20,000 nt of DNA from an uncultured virus (IMG/VR IMGVR_UViG_3300048442_000810) (taxonomy: Duplodnaviria > Heunggongvirae > Uroviricota > Caudoviricetes): the IMG/VR virus record IMGVR_UViG_3300048442_000810; one strand, written 5' to 3'. Made by a program: the position numbers and the translations under genes. Of the stretch, positions 1-8,378 are shown one piece after another. Below the pieces are notes generated by a model. The model made no database searches, had not been told where the DNA came from, and saw only the letters and a list, made by a program, of their open reading frames with translations. Positions within the stretch are counted from its first letter, which is position 1; each line of letters begins with the position of its first letter.

Positions 1-165
1 ATTATTTTCATCTTTATTTCGTAATATATCTAACTCTCTTCTTTCTGAAGATGATAATTTATTTGTTTTAGTTTTTTTAAACAAAGCCCTAACTCCAAAA
101 AATAATCCGGTAGCTAATGCTAATCCTCCTAAACTATATAATGCTATTTTTGTTGTTTTTTCCAT
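1..165 (-). CDS. Membrane-anchored protein, 3' end outside the window (not in ORF track)
   Basis: ATG at 165, 1 nt after the upstream stop. Reads MEKTTKIALYSLGGLALATGLFFGVRALFKKTK... and stays open to the window edge. N-terminal TM followed by KK. Confidence 0.85.
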   Translation of the reverse strand, partial: MEKTTKIALYSLGGLALATGLFFGVRALFKKTKTNKLSSSERRELDILRNKDENN

Positions 166-166
166 A

Positions 167-622
167 TTATGCGTTTCTAAATGGTGGTTTTTGAGATAGT
201 ATTTGTCCTATTTGACTAACTGTACCTTTATTTAAATCACCTATTTTTGTTCTTAAATCTCCATATCCTTTTTCTTCAAACTTCTGTGCAACCTGACTTA
301 ATGCTACACCATCAGGAAGTGACCTCATAACTCCAATAATTTCATTTTTATCATCGCTAAAAATACCAAATGCATCACCTAGCTTTCTTGCTTTTTGTAA
401 AGCTAGACCGGGTGTAAGCAAAATATGTCCTCCATTGCTATAAGATGTATAATAAGTTGGACTAAACCATTCATTATAATTACTAATATTGGCTCCTTCT
501 CCCCCAATAGCAGAATATATTTCAGTAAATAATTTTTTTCTTCTAATTGAAGTGACAACTAAATACACAATACCTAATCCGGCAACTGATGCTCCTAATG
601 TTATTTTTTGCTTTCTAGTCAT
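167..622 (-). CDS. N-terminally anchored membrane protein with an annexin-repeat-like domain
   Basis: TM at about aa 7-26. KARKLGDAFGIFSDDKNEIIGVMRSL...LSQVAQKFEEKGYGDLRTKI resembles one annexin repeat. Start overlaps the upstream stop (TAATG). Confidence 0.6.
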   Translation of the reverse strand: MTRKQKITLGASVAGLGIVYLVVTSIRRKKLFTEIYSAIGGEGANISNYNEWFSPTYYTSYSNGGHILLTPGLALQKARKLGDAFGIFSDDKNEIIGVMRSLPDGVALSQVAQKFEEKGYGDLRTKIGDLNKGTVSQIGQILSQKPPFRNA

Positions 623-1065
623 TATTGTCCTATTGCTTTTTGACCTCCGCCTATTTGTCCTGCTTCTGACATTCCTCTTGTTCCTATTGCTGCACCAAGT
701 CTTTTTGCTCCTTCAGGAGTTTTAACAATATTATAAATCATTAAACCTGCTCCTCCCACAATAATTAATACAATTATCTTAGAGATAGTAGAACCAAAAT
801 TTATAGAGTTTCCAATAAAATCAAATACTCCTTTTCCTGTATCGGTCAATCTGTCTAAAACATCTCTATCTAATTGAACACCTTGTTCTTCCATATACTC
901 TCGTAATTCAACGGAATCCCCCGGCATTTCTTTATCAAAATTCATCATCCAAAGTTGATTGGCTTGTGATTTTCCAACACAACTTTTTAATGACTTATGC
1001 CATTCTATCCAAGTAGAGAAACTACTTTGATTAGTAGGTATTATTAAACAGGCATCTTTGCTCAT
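622..1065 (-). CDS. Putative virion membrane protein
   Basis: 147 aa. TM IIVLIIVGGAGLMIY, Trp/Cys-containing N-terminal domain, Gly-rich tail. Confidence 0.7.
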   Translation of the reverse strand: MSKDACLIIPTNQSSFSTWIEWHKSLKSCVGKSQANQLWMMNFDKEMPGDSVELREYMEEQGVQLDRDVLDRLTDTGKGVFDFIGNSINFGSTISKIIVLIIVGGAGLMIYNIVKTPEGAKRLGAAIGTRGMSEAGQIGGGQKAIGQ

Positions 1066-1071
1066 ATTTAT

Positions 1072-1593
1072 TTAATCAATTATTTTGACAACAACAACAA
1101 CTATTAAAGCTGCTAATAAAAAAGTGTTAGTGTCTATACCTGCTGCTATATTATTATCTTCTATAGGTTCTTCAGCATCACAAAGAGAATTTGCTATTTC
1201 TAATTCTAAAAAATTATTATCTTTAGATACTGTTGGTTTTTCACTTTTGACTGCAATCTTTTTTATTACATCTTCTTTTACTACTTTTTCTTTTGGCTCA
1301 AATGCATCATCTCTTTCAATACGAGTAACATTTTCTAACTTATCTCTTTTTTCTTTTTCTAAAGACAAAGAATTTAATTTAGATTTAAGTATCATTTCAT
1401 CTTCTTCACAATTAGGCTCAATAGATGAAACTTCATTAATCATATCTGTTAAGTCATCATACTCCATATGGTTAGCCATTCGTGATGAATTGGACTTATT
1501 ACGATTAGGAATATTATATACTGTTACATTATCATCTCCCCAAGCTGAATTGCTTTTTCTAAATGCATCTTTATGATTATTAAGAAATGCCAT
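1072..1593 (-). CDS. Tail-anchored membrane protein (start corrected to MAFLNN)
   Basis: ATG at 1593 follows the upstream stop at 1595 (TAATATG). C-terminal TM FLLAALIVVVVVKII. Confidence 0.75.
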   Translation of the reverse strand: MAFLNNHKDAFRKSNSAWGDDNVTVYNIPNRNKSNSSRMANHMEYDDLTDMINEVSSIEPNCEEDEMILKSKLNSLSLEKEKRDKLENVTRIERDDAFEPKEKVVKEDVIKKIAVKSEKPTVSKDNNFLELEIANSLCDAEEPIEDNNIAAGIDTNTFLLAALIVVVVVKIID

Positions 1594-1594
1594 A

Positions 1595-2065
1595 TTATGT
1601 AATATTTTGTATTGATGAAATTTTACAAGATTTTCTAGCCATATTATATGCCGTTTTAAATCCGGGACCAATATAACCATCTACTCCACCTGAAGAATCA
1701 ATTATAACCTTGATGTCAGGACTTAAATCAGACAGATTCATTTGCATTTTTTCGATTTCGGAAGATGAATAATCATCTGCCTTAATACCATCCGCAGTAT
1801 ATGGGTCTGCCGGTGCTTCACAAGTTGGTGCCGTTGTAGGATTATTTTCTTTTTCTTTTTTTGCAAAAAGTTCAGAAAACAAATTTCCAATTGTTGTGCC
1901 CAAACTATCTACGGTGCTAGTTGATGGGTCATTTTGAATTGAACCGCCCCCTCCTGTAGTAGTAATAGTTGTTGTAGTTCCGGGTTTTCTAGTAAGCAAA
2001 TAAACCCCAACACCTAATGCTCCAACTACACCAACACCAATAAGAATCTTATTAGTATCTGTCAT
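1595..2065 (-). CDS. Membrane protein with a C-terminal peptidoglycan-binding-like (PG_binding_1) motif
   Basis: N-terminal TM, Thr/Gly linker, then EIEKMQMNL...GGVDGYIGPGFKTAY, matching the Q..L...vDG.fGp.T..A pattern. Confidence 0.6.
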   Translation of the reverse strand: MTDTNKILIGVGVVGALGVGVYLLTRKPGTTTTITTTGGGGSIQNDPSTSTVDSLGTTIGNLFSELFAKKEKENNPTTAPTCEAPADPYTADGIKADDYSSSEIEKMQMNLSDLSPDIKVIIDSSGGVDGYIGPGFKTAYNMARKSCKISSIQNIT

Positions 2066-2069
2066 AATT

Positions 2070-2426
2070 TTACTTTTTTAAATATTTGTTATAAGCCCAA
2101 AATCCTACTAAAAGTGCTCCTGCAATAAATACTACTTTCTTAGTTGGAAAGTTAGATACACTTGCACCTGCCGTTACTTCTGAACTTCCTAAACTTACTG
2201 AACCGCTAACGGCTGCTCCTCTTGGAAACTCTATATTTTCATCAGCATTATCTAATACCACTTGCTCTTTAGTTCTTGGTGCATCAGGAATAAATCCTTC
2301 GCCATTCATATTAATGAATTCTTCATTTTCAATGAATTTTGCTCCATACTTGTTTTTTTGCTCTCCTACCCACTCGCTGAATGGAGTATCTGAACCTGAT
2401 AATTTGTAAACTTGATTTGCAGTCAT
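2070..2426 (-). CDS. Tail-anchored virion membrane protein
   Basis: C-terminal TM VVFIAGALLVGFWAY ending LKK. Carries the motif FINMNG. Confidence 0.75.
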   Translation of the reverse strand: MTANQVYKLSGSDTPFSEWVGEQKNKYGAKFIENEEFINMNGEGFIPDAPRTKEQVVLDNADENIEFPRGAAVSGSVSLGSSEVTAGASVSNFPTKKVVFIAGALLVGFWAYNKYLKK

Positions 2427-2466
2427 TTTTTTTTGATTTTAATTGTTAATTGTTAATTGTTATTAT

Positions 2467-3060
2467 TTATTTTTTTAAGACAAGAACTAAAAGCATAATT
2501 CCTACTAATGCTCCTGCACCTATCATTAAATTCTTTTTTTCTTTATCGGCTTTTGCAGTTTCACGATTTATTAAAGCCTGTGCTTCATTAAATGTTCTTT
2601 CAGTTGCTGCTGCCGAGTCCTTGCCCAATTGTGTTAATTGCTCTCTTATAGCATCTAGTTCTTTGTTTTTTTCTGCTACATCTGCAATACCTGCATCAAT
2701 AGAAGATTCTACTGTAGTATTTACCTGACAATCTCTAGCATCCATAAAACTAACTACTTTACCTTTGTGGAATGTAGCTGCCTTTCTTTTTCTCTTAGGA
2801 ACTCTACTATTACCTGTATTAGAGTTATAGATGTTTTGAAAGAAATCTTTACACTCTTGTAAGTCTACACAACTATCTCCTGCTGCGTAATCACAATCAG
2901 CTTTTTGACTTGCCAATTCGGCATTATATCTGTCACTTTCGGCTCCTTTAGGGTTAGTTATATCTTTAAACCAAGACCCTCCAATAAAGCCGGGATGATT
3001 TAAGAATTCACCATCTGTAAGAGATGATACATTTTGATTTGAATCACTATCTAAAAACAT
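2467..3060 (-). CDS. Tail-anchored Cys-containing helical protein, paralog of 3064..3894
   Basis: MFLDSD start, FLNHPG motif, FMDARDC, coiled coil, C-terminal TM followed by KK. Confidence 0.75.
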   Translation of the reverse strand: MFLDSDSNQNVSSLTDGEFLNHPGFIGGSWFKDITNPKGAESDRYNAELASQKADCDYAAGDSCVDLQECKDFFQNIYNSNTGNSRVPKRKRKAATFHKGKVVSFMDARDCQVNTTVESSIDAGIADVAEKNKELDAIREQLTQLGKDSAAATERTFNEAQALINRETAKADKEKKNLMIGAGALVGIMLLVLVLKK

Positions 3061-3063
3061 AAT

Positions 3064-3894
3064 TTATTTCTTTTTTAATATTAATACTGCAATGACTATA
3101 GCTGCTCCAATCATAATCATTTTATTTCTTTTTGCTAACTCAGCATTATCTTCTGCTGCTATTGCTGCTGCTGCATCTGACTCTTCTTTTATTAGTTCTA
3201 TTTCTTGATTATATGCTGCATCTGATGTTTCTTTTTCTATTTGTGCTAATTCTGCTGCTGCTGCTGCATCTTCTGCTGCTGCTTCTGCTGCATTTTGTGC
3301 AATTTGAGCAGTATCAATAGCTGAGGTTGTGCCATTACAATCTCTTGCATCCATAAATCCTGAAACCTTACTTAAAGCATCAGAAATTTCACTTAAATAT
3401 TTTGCTCTATAATCTCTATCAAATTCGTGTACTACCGAAGCATTACTCCAATCATTCATTAAAGAATTTAAACTTTCAGTAACACTAACATACTCTGCAC
3501 AAGTCATATCTGAAGTAAATGGAACTAAGTTTTTTACTCTTGATTTAACTGAAGCAAGACTACTACTCATAGTAGCTAAATTAAGTCCGTGTGAGTTTAA
3601 ACTTCTAGCTTTTGTATCATATGCTTCTTTGATTGCTTGATTTGAAGAGTAATCTCCAATTTTAAAGCCGGGTGTTTGGCACAGAATACCCATAAAACCT
3701 CTACAAGGAGTATATCCTGCATTTTGGAAACCTGCCTTACCGGGGAAAATATTATATTTTATAACAAATTCTCTGTAATTTACACTTGCAGCAGCATTAT
3801 AATATTCTCCACTTGCATAAAGTGAGTTGTCCTGCATTGCATCTGTGTCAAAATTTCCAAAACTATTTGCGTTAAAGTCGCTATCTATAAACAT
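3064..3894 (-). CDS. Tail-anchored Cys-containing helical protein, paralog of 2467..3060
   Basis: MFIDSD start, FMDARDC, Ala/Glu-rich stalk, C-terminal TM followed by KKK. Confidence 0.75.
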   Translation of the reverse strand: MFIDSDFNANSFGNFDTDAMQDNSLYASGEYYNAAASVNYREFVIKYNIFPGKAGFQNAGYTPCRGFMGILCQTPGFKIGDYSSNQAIKEAYDTKARSLNSHGLNLATMSSSLASVKSRVKNLVPFTSDMTCAEYVSVTESLNSLMNDWSNASVVHEFDRDYRAKYLSEISDALSKVSGFMDARDCNGTTSAIDTAQIAQNAAEAAAEDAAAAAELAQIEKETSDAAYNQEIELIKEESDAAAAIAAEDNAELAKRNKMIMIGAAIVIAVLILKKK

Positions 3895-3904
3895 ATTTCT
3901 TTTT

Positions 3905-4174
3905 TTAATTATCCATTACACCGTTTTTGAAACGGTATGCCCCAAGTTTTAATCCTTCTACTCCTCCAAACTTAGATTTTGTTTTACAATCTTTATTTGT
4001 GAAAATTCCATCTCCACTATCATCCATACTGTCACAACCTCTGTCCCAAGTTAGTACAGGCTCATATGAATACTTATCTCCTCCTACAGTAATAACTGCA
4101 TCTCCGGATTGATTAAACCAAAGTTCTGTACTATTTTGTGCTCCTGATTGATTAAACCATAAATTGTTTTCCAT
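3905..4174 (-). CDS. Small structural protein, 89 aa (start corrected to MENNLW)
   Basis: ATG at 4174 behind an A-rich spacer, which removes the overlap with the upstream gene. LWFNQSG occurs twice. Confidence 0.7.
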   Translation of the reverse strand: MENNLWFNQSGAQNSTELWFNQSGDAVITVGGDKYSYEPVLTWDRGCDSMDDSGDGIFTNKDCKTKSKFGGVEGLKLGAYRFKNGVMDN

Positions 4175-4184
4175 TTTCTTTTTT

Positions 4185-4508
4185 TTAATAATCTCCAAAC
4201 ATAAAATCACTACTACCACCAAATCCAAACCACACATCTGAATTGGCTTTTGTTCCTCCACTTGCATTTAGCATAGATGGAGTAATATTTTGATAAGGGT
4301 CAATCACACTTGTATTAACTCTTGTAGATGTATTACCTGCAACTGCATTTCCTGTTGTAACACTATATTGTTCAGTTGGACCACCAATACCATCTCCACC
4401 AAAAATTGATGAATAATCGCATCCGCTTCCATCAGGTAAACTACATAAAGGATAGCAAGGGTCATTTGTAACATATTGTCCGTTACATAACATTGTTTTG
4501 TTGCTCAT
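4185..4508 (-). CDS. Small Cys/Gly-rich protein
   Basis: Four Cys in the first ~30 aa. Contains IDPYQN and MLNASG. Sits in the operon with short spacers. Confidence 0.7.
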   Translation of the reverse strand: MSNKTMLCNGQYVTNDPCYPLCSLPDGSGCDYSSIFGGDGIGGPTEQYSVTTGNAVAGNTSTRVNTSVIDPYQNITPSMLNASGGTKANSDVWFGFGGSSDFMFGDY

Positions 4509-4512
4509 AATT

Positions 4513-5202
4513 TTATCTTTTCATTACTTTATAAATACCATATCCAACTGCTCCAAGAACTAAAAATCCAAGCATTAAGTTTGTAGGACTATTTAGACCT
4601 CCTGTTGCTGCTGCGGATTGTGTAAATAATTGTTGTTGATTAGCCAAATTGACTTGTTGTGCTTGTTGTTCTGCAATACAAGCTGATTCCATAGCATCTT
4701 TTATACTTGGTCTACGAATACCTCTTGTTTTTCTTGCTCTTGCATTAACTCTTCTAGAACCTCTACTTCCTCCATCTTTATTGGCTTCTAATCTATCTAC
4801 ATCTCCATCTAATCTTTCTAAACTTGATGTAAGAACCGCACAGTTTCCTGTATTAGGATATTCTGCATTTACTTTAGCTTGTTCTTTAGCTTCTCGTTCT
4901 CTTTCAGCTTTCTTTTTACTCCAAGTTATGCCTAAAAATCCGGGATGGTTACTCCATACATCACTATCAGGCATTGAATTATTATCATCATCAGTTAAGA
5001 CCATATTTGGTCTATTTCCAATATGATGGTCTAATGTGATTGATTCTTCTCCTGATGCATTAAAAGCAGTACCAACTATCTGAGATACTCTTACTGCTTC
5101 TTCTTTTGTTACATTTCCTGCTTGATTTGACCAAACTGTGTTGCCCCAAGGCATATCATTTGGTACATCTGAAGCATCCATATTTAAAAAGTTATTGTCC
5201 AT
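4513..5202 (-). CDS. Tail-anchored protein with four copies of the shared motif and a Cys-flanked helical domain
   Basis: FLNMDA, WSNQAG, AFNASG, WSNHPG, then an Arg-rich segment between two Cys and a C-terminal TM. Confidence 0.75.
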   Translation of the reverse strand: MDNNFLNMDASDVPNDMPWGNTVWSNQAGNVTKEEAVRVSQIVGTAFNASGEESITLDHHIGNRPNMVLTDDDNNSMPDSDVWSNHPGFLGITWSKKKAEREREAKEQAKVNAEYPNTGNCAVLTSSLERLDGDVDRLEANKDGGSRGSRRVNARARKTRGIRRPSIKDAMESACIAEQQAQQVNLANQQQLFTQSAAATGGLNSPTNLMLGFLVLGAVGYGIYKVMKR

Positions 5203-5218
5203 TTTTTATATTTTTTTA

Positions 5219-5347
5219 TTAAGCTGATTCTTGTCCTTTATAATATCCATAGCCAATTACATAAAATAATAATCCTACTGATACCATTGATAAAACAAAA
5301 TTACCTACACTCATTTTCGATACATTTTCTTCTTCTGTTCTTGCCAT
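5219..5347 (-). CDS. 42-aa single-TM microprotein (not in ORF track)
   Basis: MARTEEENVSKMSVGNFVLSMVSVGLLFYVIGYGYYKGQESA. Fills the gap, has an A-rich start and resembles the C-terminus of 5365..5754. Confidence 0.8.
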   Translation of the reverse strand: MARTEEENVSKMSVGNFVLSMVSVGLLFYVIGYGYYKGQESA

Positions 5348-5364
5348 TTTTTTAATTTTTTTTA

Positions 5365-5754
5365 TTACTTAGCAGCCGTACCGCCTTTTCTAATTGCATA
5401 CCCAATTACAAATGCAGTTAAACCAATTCCTAAATATCCCATAACTAATTTGCCTACAGTCATTTTCATAACTCCTTTATTTTGTGACTCACCTGAAGCA
5501 TTTTGGAATACTCCACCATCTTGCCACATAGTTTCACGATTTCTTCCTGATTGTTGCCAATTAGTACCCGTAAAACTTCTAAAGTTTTGTCTTTGCCCTC
5601 TTGGACCATATCTTAATGAGCCTTGTGAAGGAACTCCTCTTGTTTTTGAAACATTAGTTCTAGGTACTTCAACACAAATGCCATTTTGACATTCATAATT
5701 ACAATTTGGACCACAAGTGGGGCACGAATAGGTACTACTACAATTAATTGCCAT
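5365..5754 (-). CDS. Tail-anchored protein with an N-terminal 6-Cys minidomain
   Basis: CSSTYSCPTCGPNCNYECQNGIC, motifs FRSFTG and FQNASG, C-terminal TM. Confidence 0.75.
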   Translation of the reverse strand: MAINCSSTYSCPTCGPNCNYECQNGICVEVPRTNVSKTRGVPSQGSLRYGPRGQRQNFRSFTGTNWQQSGRNRETMWQDGGVFQNASGESQNKGVMKMTVGKLVMGYLGIGLTAFVIGYAIRKGGTAAK

Positions 5755-5765
5755 ATCTTTTTTTT

Positions 5766-6596
5766 TTATTTACTTGCTCTCAAATTAGGTGTACTATTCT
5801 GAGTGCAAAATTTATTTCTTTCAAAATTTGTTATAAACTGATTTAAAATGTCAAATCTTTCTTTATTTTGAGGTGTTGGAGTGTCCTTAAATGTTGTAAG
5901 GAAACTTTGATAAGCCTCTATTCTTGGATAACCAAGAGCCAAATAAATTAATAATCCATTCAAATCTGCTTCTGTTTCATCTTCCATATTCTCATTCAAA
6001 TAAAAATGAGAAAACTCGTGTAATAGAATTGCCATTCTCATTGGAACAGTAAACTTTTTATAGTGTGCTTTGCTTACTTGTATAATTCCTTTTGACTGAC
6101 TAATTCTTGCAGGGGTTTGTATTACCAAACCTCTTTTTGTTCTAATATCATCAAAGTAATCTATTCTAAAATTACCCTCATCTGAGATATATGTGCTTCC
6201 GTTTGGAAACTTTCCTGCACTTAATATTCCTGCGTTGTCTGAAAATTGTTGAGCAAAATTTGCAAAATCTCTTATTTTTGGATTACTCCAATCAACACAA
6301 TCCATTTTTCTTTCTAATGGTCTAGCATCTATTTTTACAACTTTAAATGATGCATCTTGACCCTTTTTCAAATTACCGTTAGCTTTATTATATACACTTA
6401 TAAGTGCTTCATAAGGAGATAAAGGCATTCTAACGAAGAATCTTTGCTTACCATCAATAGTTGCATATCTATTAGTATAATCAGTATTAGGCTTATTAAT
6501 ATCCTTAACTACTATCTGAATTTTTTGAGGACTATTTGTTACGACCTCTATCATAATAGTTAACGATTTTTGCTTTGTTTTAAATAAAATATTCAT
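5766..6596 (-). CDS. Zinc metalloprotease (HExxH, gluzincin-like); candidate virion maturation protease
   Basis: AILLHEFSH followed by ETEAD, which supplies a likely third ligand. The maturation role is inferred from its position among structural genes. Confidence 0.7.
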   Translation of the reverse strand: MNILFKTKQKSLTIMIEVVTNSPQKIQIVVKDINKPNTDYTNRYATIDGKQRFFVRMPLSPYEALISVYNKANGNLKKGQDASFKVVKIDARPLERKMDCVDWSNPKIRDFANFAQQFSDNAGILSAGKFPNGSTYISDEGNFRIDYFDDIRTKRGLVIQTPARISQSKGIIQVSKAHYKKFTVPMRMAILLHEFSHFYLNENMEDETEADLNGLLIYLALGYPRIEAYQSFLTTFKDTPTPQNKERFDILNQFITNFERNKFCTQNSTPNLRASK

Positions 6597-6718
6597 TTCT
6601 TAATTACCAAAATTATTAAACCTAATAATATGACTCCTCCTACTAACCTTAATCGAGTTACTGATATACCCTTTATTTGCATATCCATTTCTTCTCTTTC
6701 TAAAGGTTGTAGTGCCAC
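6593..6718 (-). CDS. 41-aa single-TM microprotein (not in ORF track)
   Basis: GTG start. MALQPLEREEMDMQIKGISVTRLRLVGGVILLGLIILVIKK. The stop overlaps the protease start (ATGA). Confidence 0.75.
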   Translation of the reverse strand: MALQPLEREEMDMQIKGISVTRLRLVGGVILLGLIILVIKK

Positions 6719-6724
6719 TTATCA

Positions 6725-7033
6725 TTACTTTTTAAAATTTATAATACTCTCCTTTGCTATGTAACCTCCGGCTAATCCTCCGGCTAAAACTCCCATCCAT
6801 ACACTTTTCTTTCTCCATAATGATAGAATAGCCCCTAATACACTTCCTAATACTGCTCCTTTCAACATCTCTTTAGTGCTATCTTTAACTAAAGCTGCCT
6901 TTCCATCATCTACAATCGTACTGATACTTTCTTGTGTTTCAGTTGGCATTGTCATTCTGTTTGTGACATTATTTTGTCCATCAAAAGAAATTTCCTGAGC
7001 CTCATCAAAAAGATTTACTTCGCTATCAAACAT
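6725..7033 (-). CDS. Membrane protein with a glycine-zipper two-helix C-terminus
   Basis: GAVLGSVLGAIL and GVLAGGLAGGYIA. Acidic N-terminus containing ISFDG. Confidence 0.75.
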   Translation of the reverse strand: MFDSEVNLFDEAQEISFDGQNNVTNRMTMPTETQESISTIVDDGKAALVKDSTKEMLKGAVLGSVLGAILSLWRKKSVWMGVLAGGLAGGYIAKESIINFKK

Positions 7034-7044
7034 ATTTCAAAGAA

Positions 7045-7743
7045 CTAATTTTGTACTGCCGGTGATGAACTTCCTTTTCTGCTATTATATAAAGCAAAAC
7101 CTATAACTGCTAAAACCCCAACACCTAATAAAATAAATACAACTTTGCTAGAGCCTCCTAAACCTGCTTGAGTTGGCGGTAATACAGTTTGATTTGCACC
7201 TAATTCCATTTGCTGCAACATCAAATCTCTATTCATTCCTGCAAGTTCCAATTCGTGAGCCCTTTGCTTTCCTGCTTCTTTATAACTTTTATTTCCTTGC
7301 CAAATACCTGCAACTGTAGATAAGACTTGAATTCCTCCGTTTAACCATTGTCCGCCTGTTACTCCTGCACCTGTACTTGCTGATGGAGCAGGAACTCCTC
7401 CTACTTGATTCATAAATCCATCTCTACTAGCATCCGTGTCCATTGGACTAATTTCTTCTGCACCTTCAATAAATGGCAATTGATTAGCTAAAACTAATTT
7501 CATAATTCCAATCCTTACACATTCACTTGTTAAATTGTATGCTACTGCCGTAACTAATTCAACTTTTCCTGCTCGTGAAGAAACTTTCACACCACAGTTA
7601 ATAAGTGTTTTTCGTACTAAAGCCGGTCTACCCTCTATCACTTTAGCAACTTCGGATAACATTAACTCTCTCGTTATAGCCATATCTTTTGTTTTATTTA
7701 TTGCTTTAAAATTTTCTTTAAAATTATGATGCTCATATCTCAT
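7045..7743 (-). CDS. Tail-anchored virion protein
   Basis: Helical N-terminal domain, FMNQVG motif, amphipathic Gly-rich segment, TM VVFILLGVGVLAVIGFALY. Confidence 0.75.
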   Translation of the reverse strand: MRYEHHNFKENFKAINKTKDMAITRELMLSEVAKVIEGRPALVRKTLINCGVKVSSRAGKVELVTAVAYNLTSECVRIGIMKLVLANQLPFIEGAEEISPMDTDASRDGFMNQVGGVPAPSASTGAGVTGGQWLNGGIQVLSTVAGIWQGNKSYKEAGKQRAHELELAGMNRDLMLQQMELGANQTVLPPTQAGLGGSSKVVFILLGVGVLAVIGFALYNSRKGSSSPAVQN

Positions 7744-7744
7744 A

Positions 7745-8254
7745 CTACTTTTTTGCTATTATATATCCTACCGCAAAACCAACTGCTAATAAAAGAATTG
7801 GAGATGTTTGCATTTCTTTCATTTTTCTATCTCTTGCTCTCCTATCTCTTTTTAGCTTTTCTCTAAGTATTTCTTTTTTTACTTCTTTTATTTCACTTAC
7901 TACCTCTTTTGCATCAAAATTAGAACTTGATGTATTAGGCTCAAATGAAGATGGAGCCTCCGGTTTAAATGGGGTTGGCTCTACAACTTCAGGTTCAGCA
8001 AATCCCGGTGTTCTACCTGTTGCATAAGCGAAATCTTTATCTGAACCAAATGATTTAGTGAAAGACTCTAATAAAGACTTATCAGGATGAATTTCACTAA
8101 TATCTTGTAAGGCAACTTTTTTGTATTTTCTTACAATTATTTTTAATCTGCTAATTAATTCACTTATACTGTTGGTAGCTTGAAAACCATAATTACTTAA
8201 AAGTTCATTAGCCCCTGAAGAATTATTATGTGCTATGTATGTGTATAAATTCAT
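7745..8254 (-). CDS. Tail-anchored virion protein
   Basis: Helical N-terminal domain ending HPDK, FAYATG motif, basic stretch, C-terminal TM followed by KK. Confidence 0.75.
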   Translation of the reverse strand: MNLYTYIAHNNSSGANELLSNYGFQATNSISELISRLKIIVRKYKKVALQDISEIHPDKSLLESFTKSFGSDKDFAYATGRTPGFAEPEVVEPTPFKPEAPSSFEPNTSSSNFDAKEVVSEIKEVKKEILREKLKRDRRARDRKMKEMQTSPILLLAVGFAVGYIIAKK

Positions 8255-8292
8255 TTTTATCTTTTTTGTATATTTTTAATTTATCTTTTAGT

Positions 8293-8345
8293 AAAAAAAA
8301 ATGGGGCTCGAAGAAAATGCCTTTGCATCTACCTCTGCCCCATTT
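8293..8345 (-). terminator. Intrinsic terminator downstream of the candidate capsid gene
   Basis: Minus strand AAATGGGGC...(inner ATGC-AAAG-GCAT)...GCCCCATTTTTTTTT: a GC stem followed by a run of nine T. Confidence 0.8.
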
Positions 8346-8378
8346 AATATCTAATCTCTAAGAATTAATAACTTAATA

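Noticed and set aside
3140..3300. GCT/TCT-rich repeats as a repeat array or CRISPR
   Set aside because: These are codons of an Ala/Glu-rich stalk. I saw no repeat-spacer structure anywhere in the window.
6600..6725. Alternative 41-aa ATG ORF (MISGTTTFRKRR...)
   Set aside because: The overlapping GTG frame gives a TM-plus-KK protein like its neighbours and couples to the next gene by ATGA.
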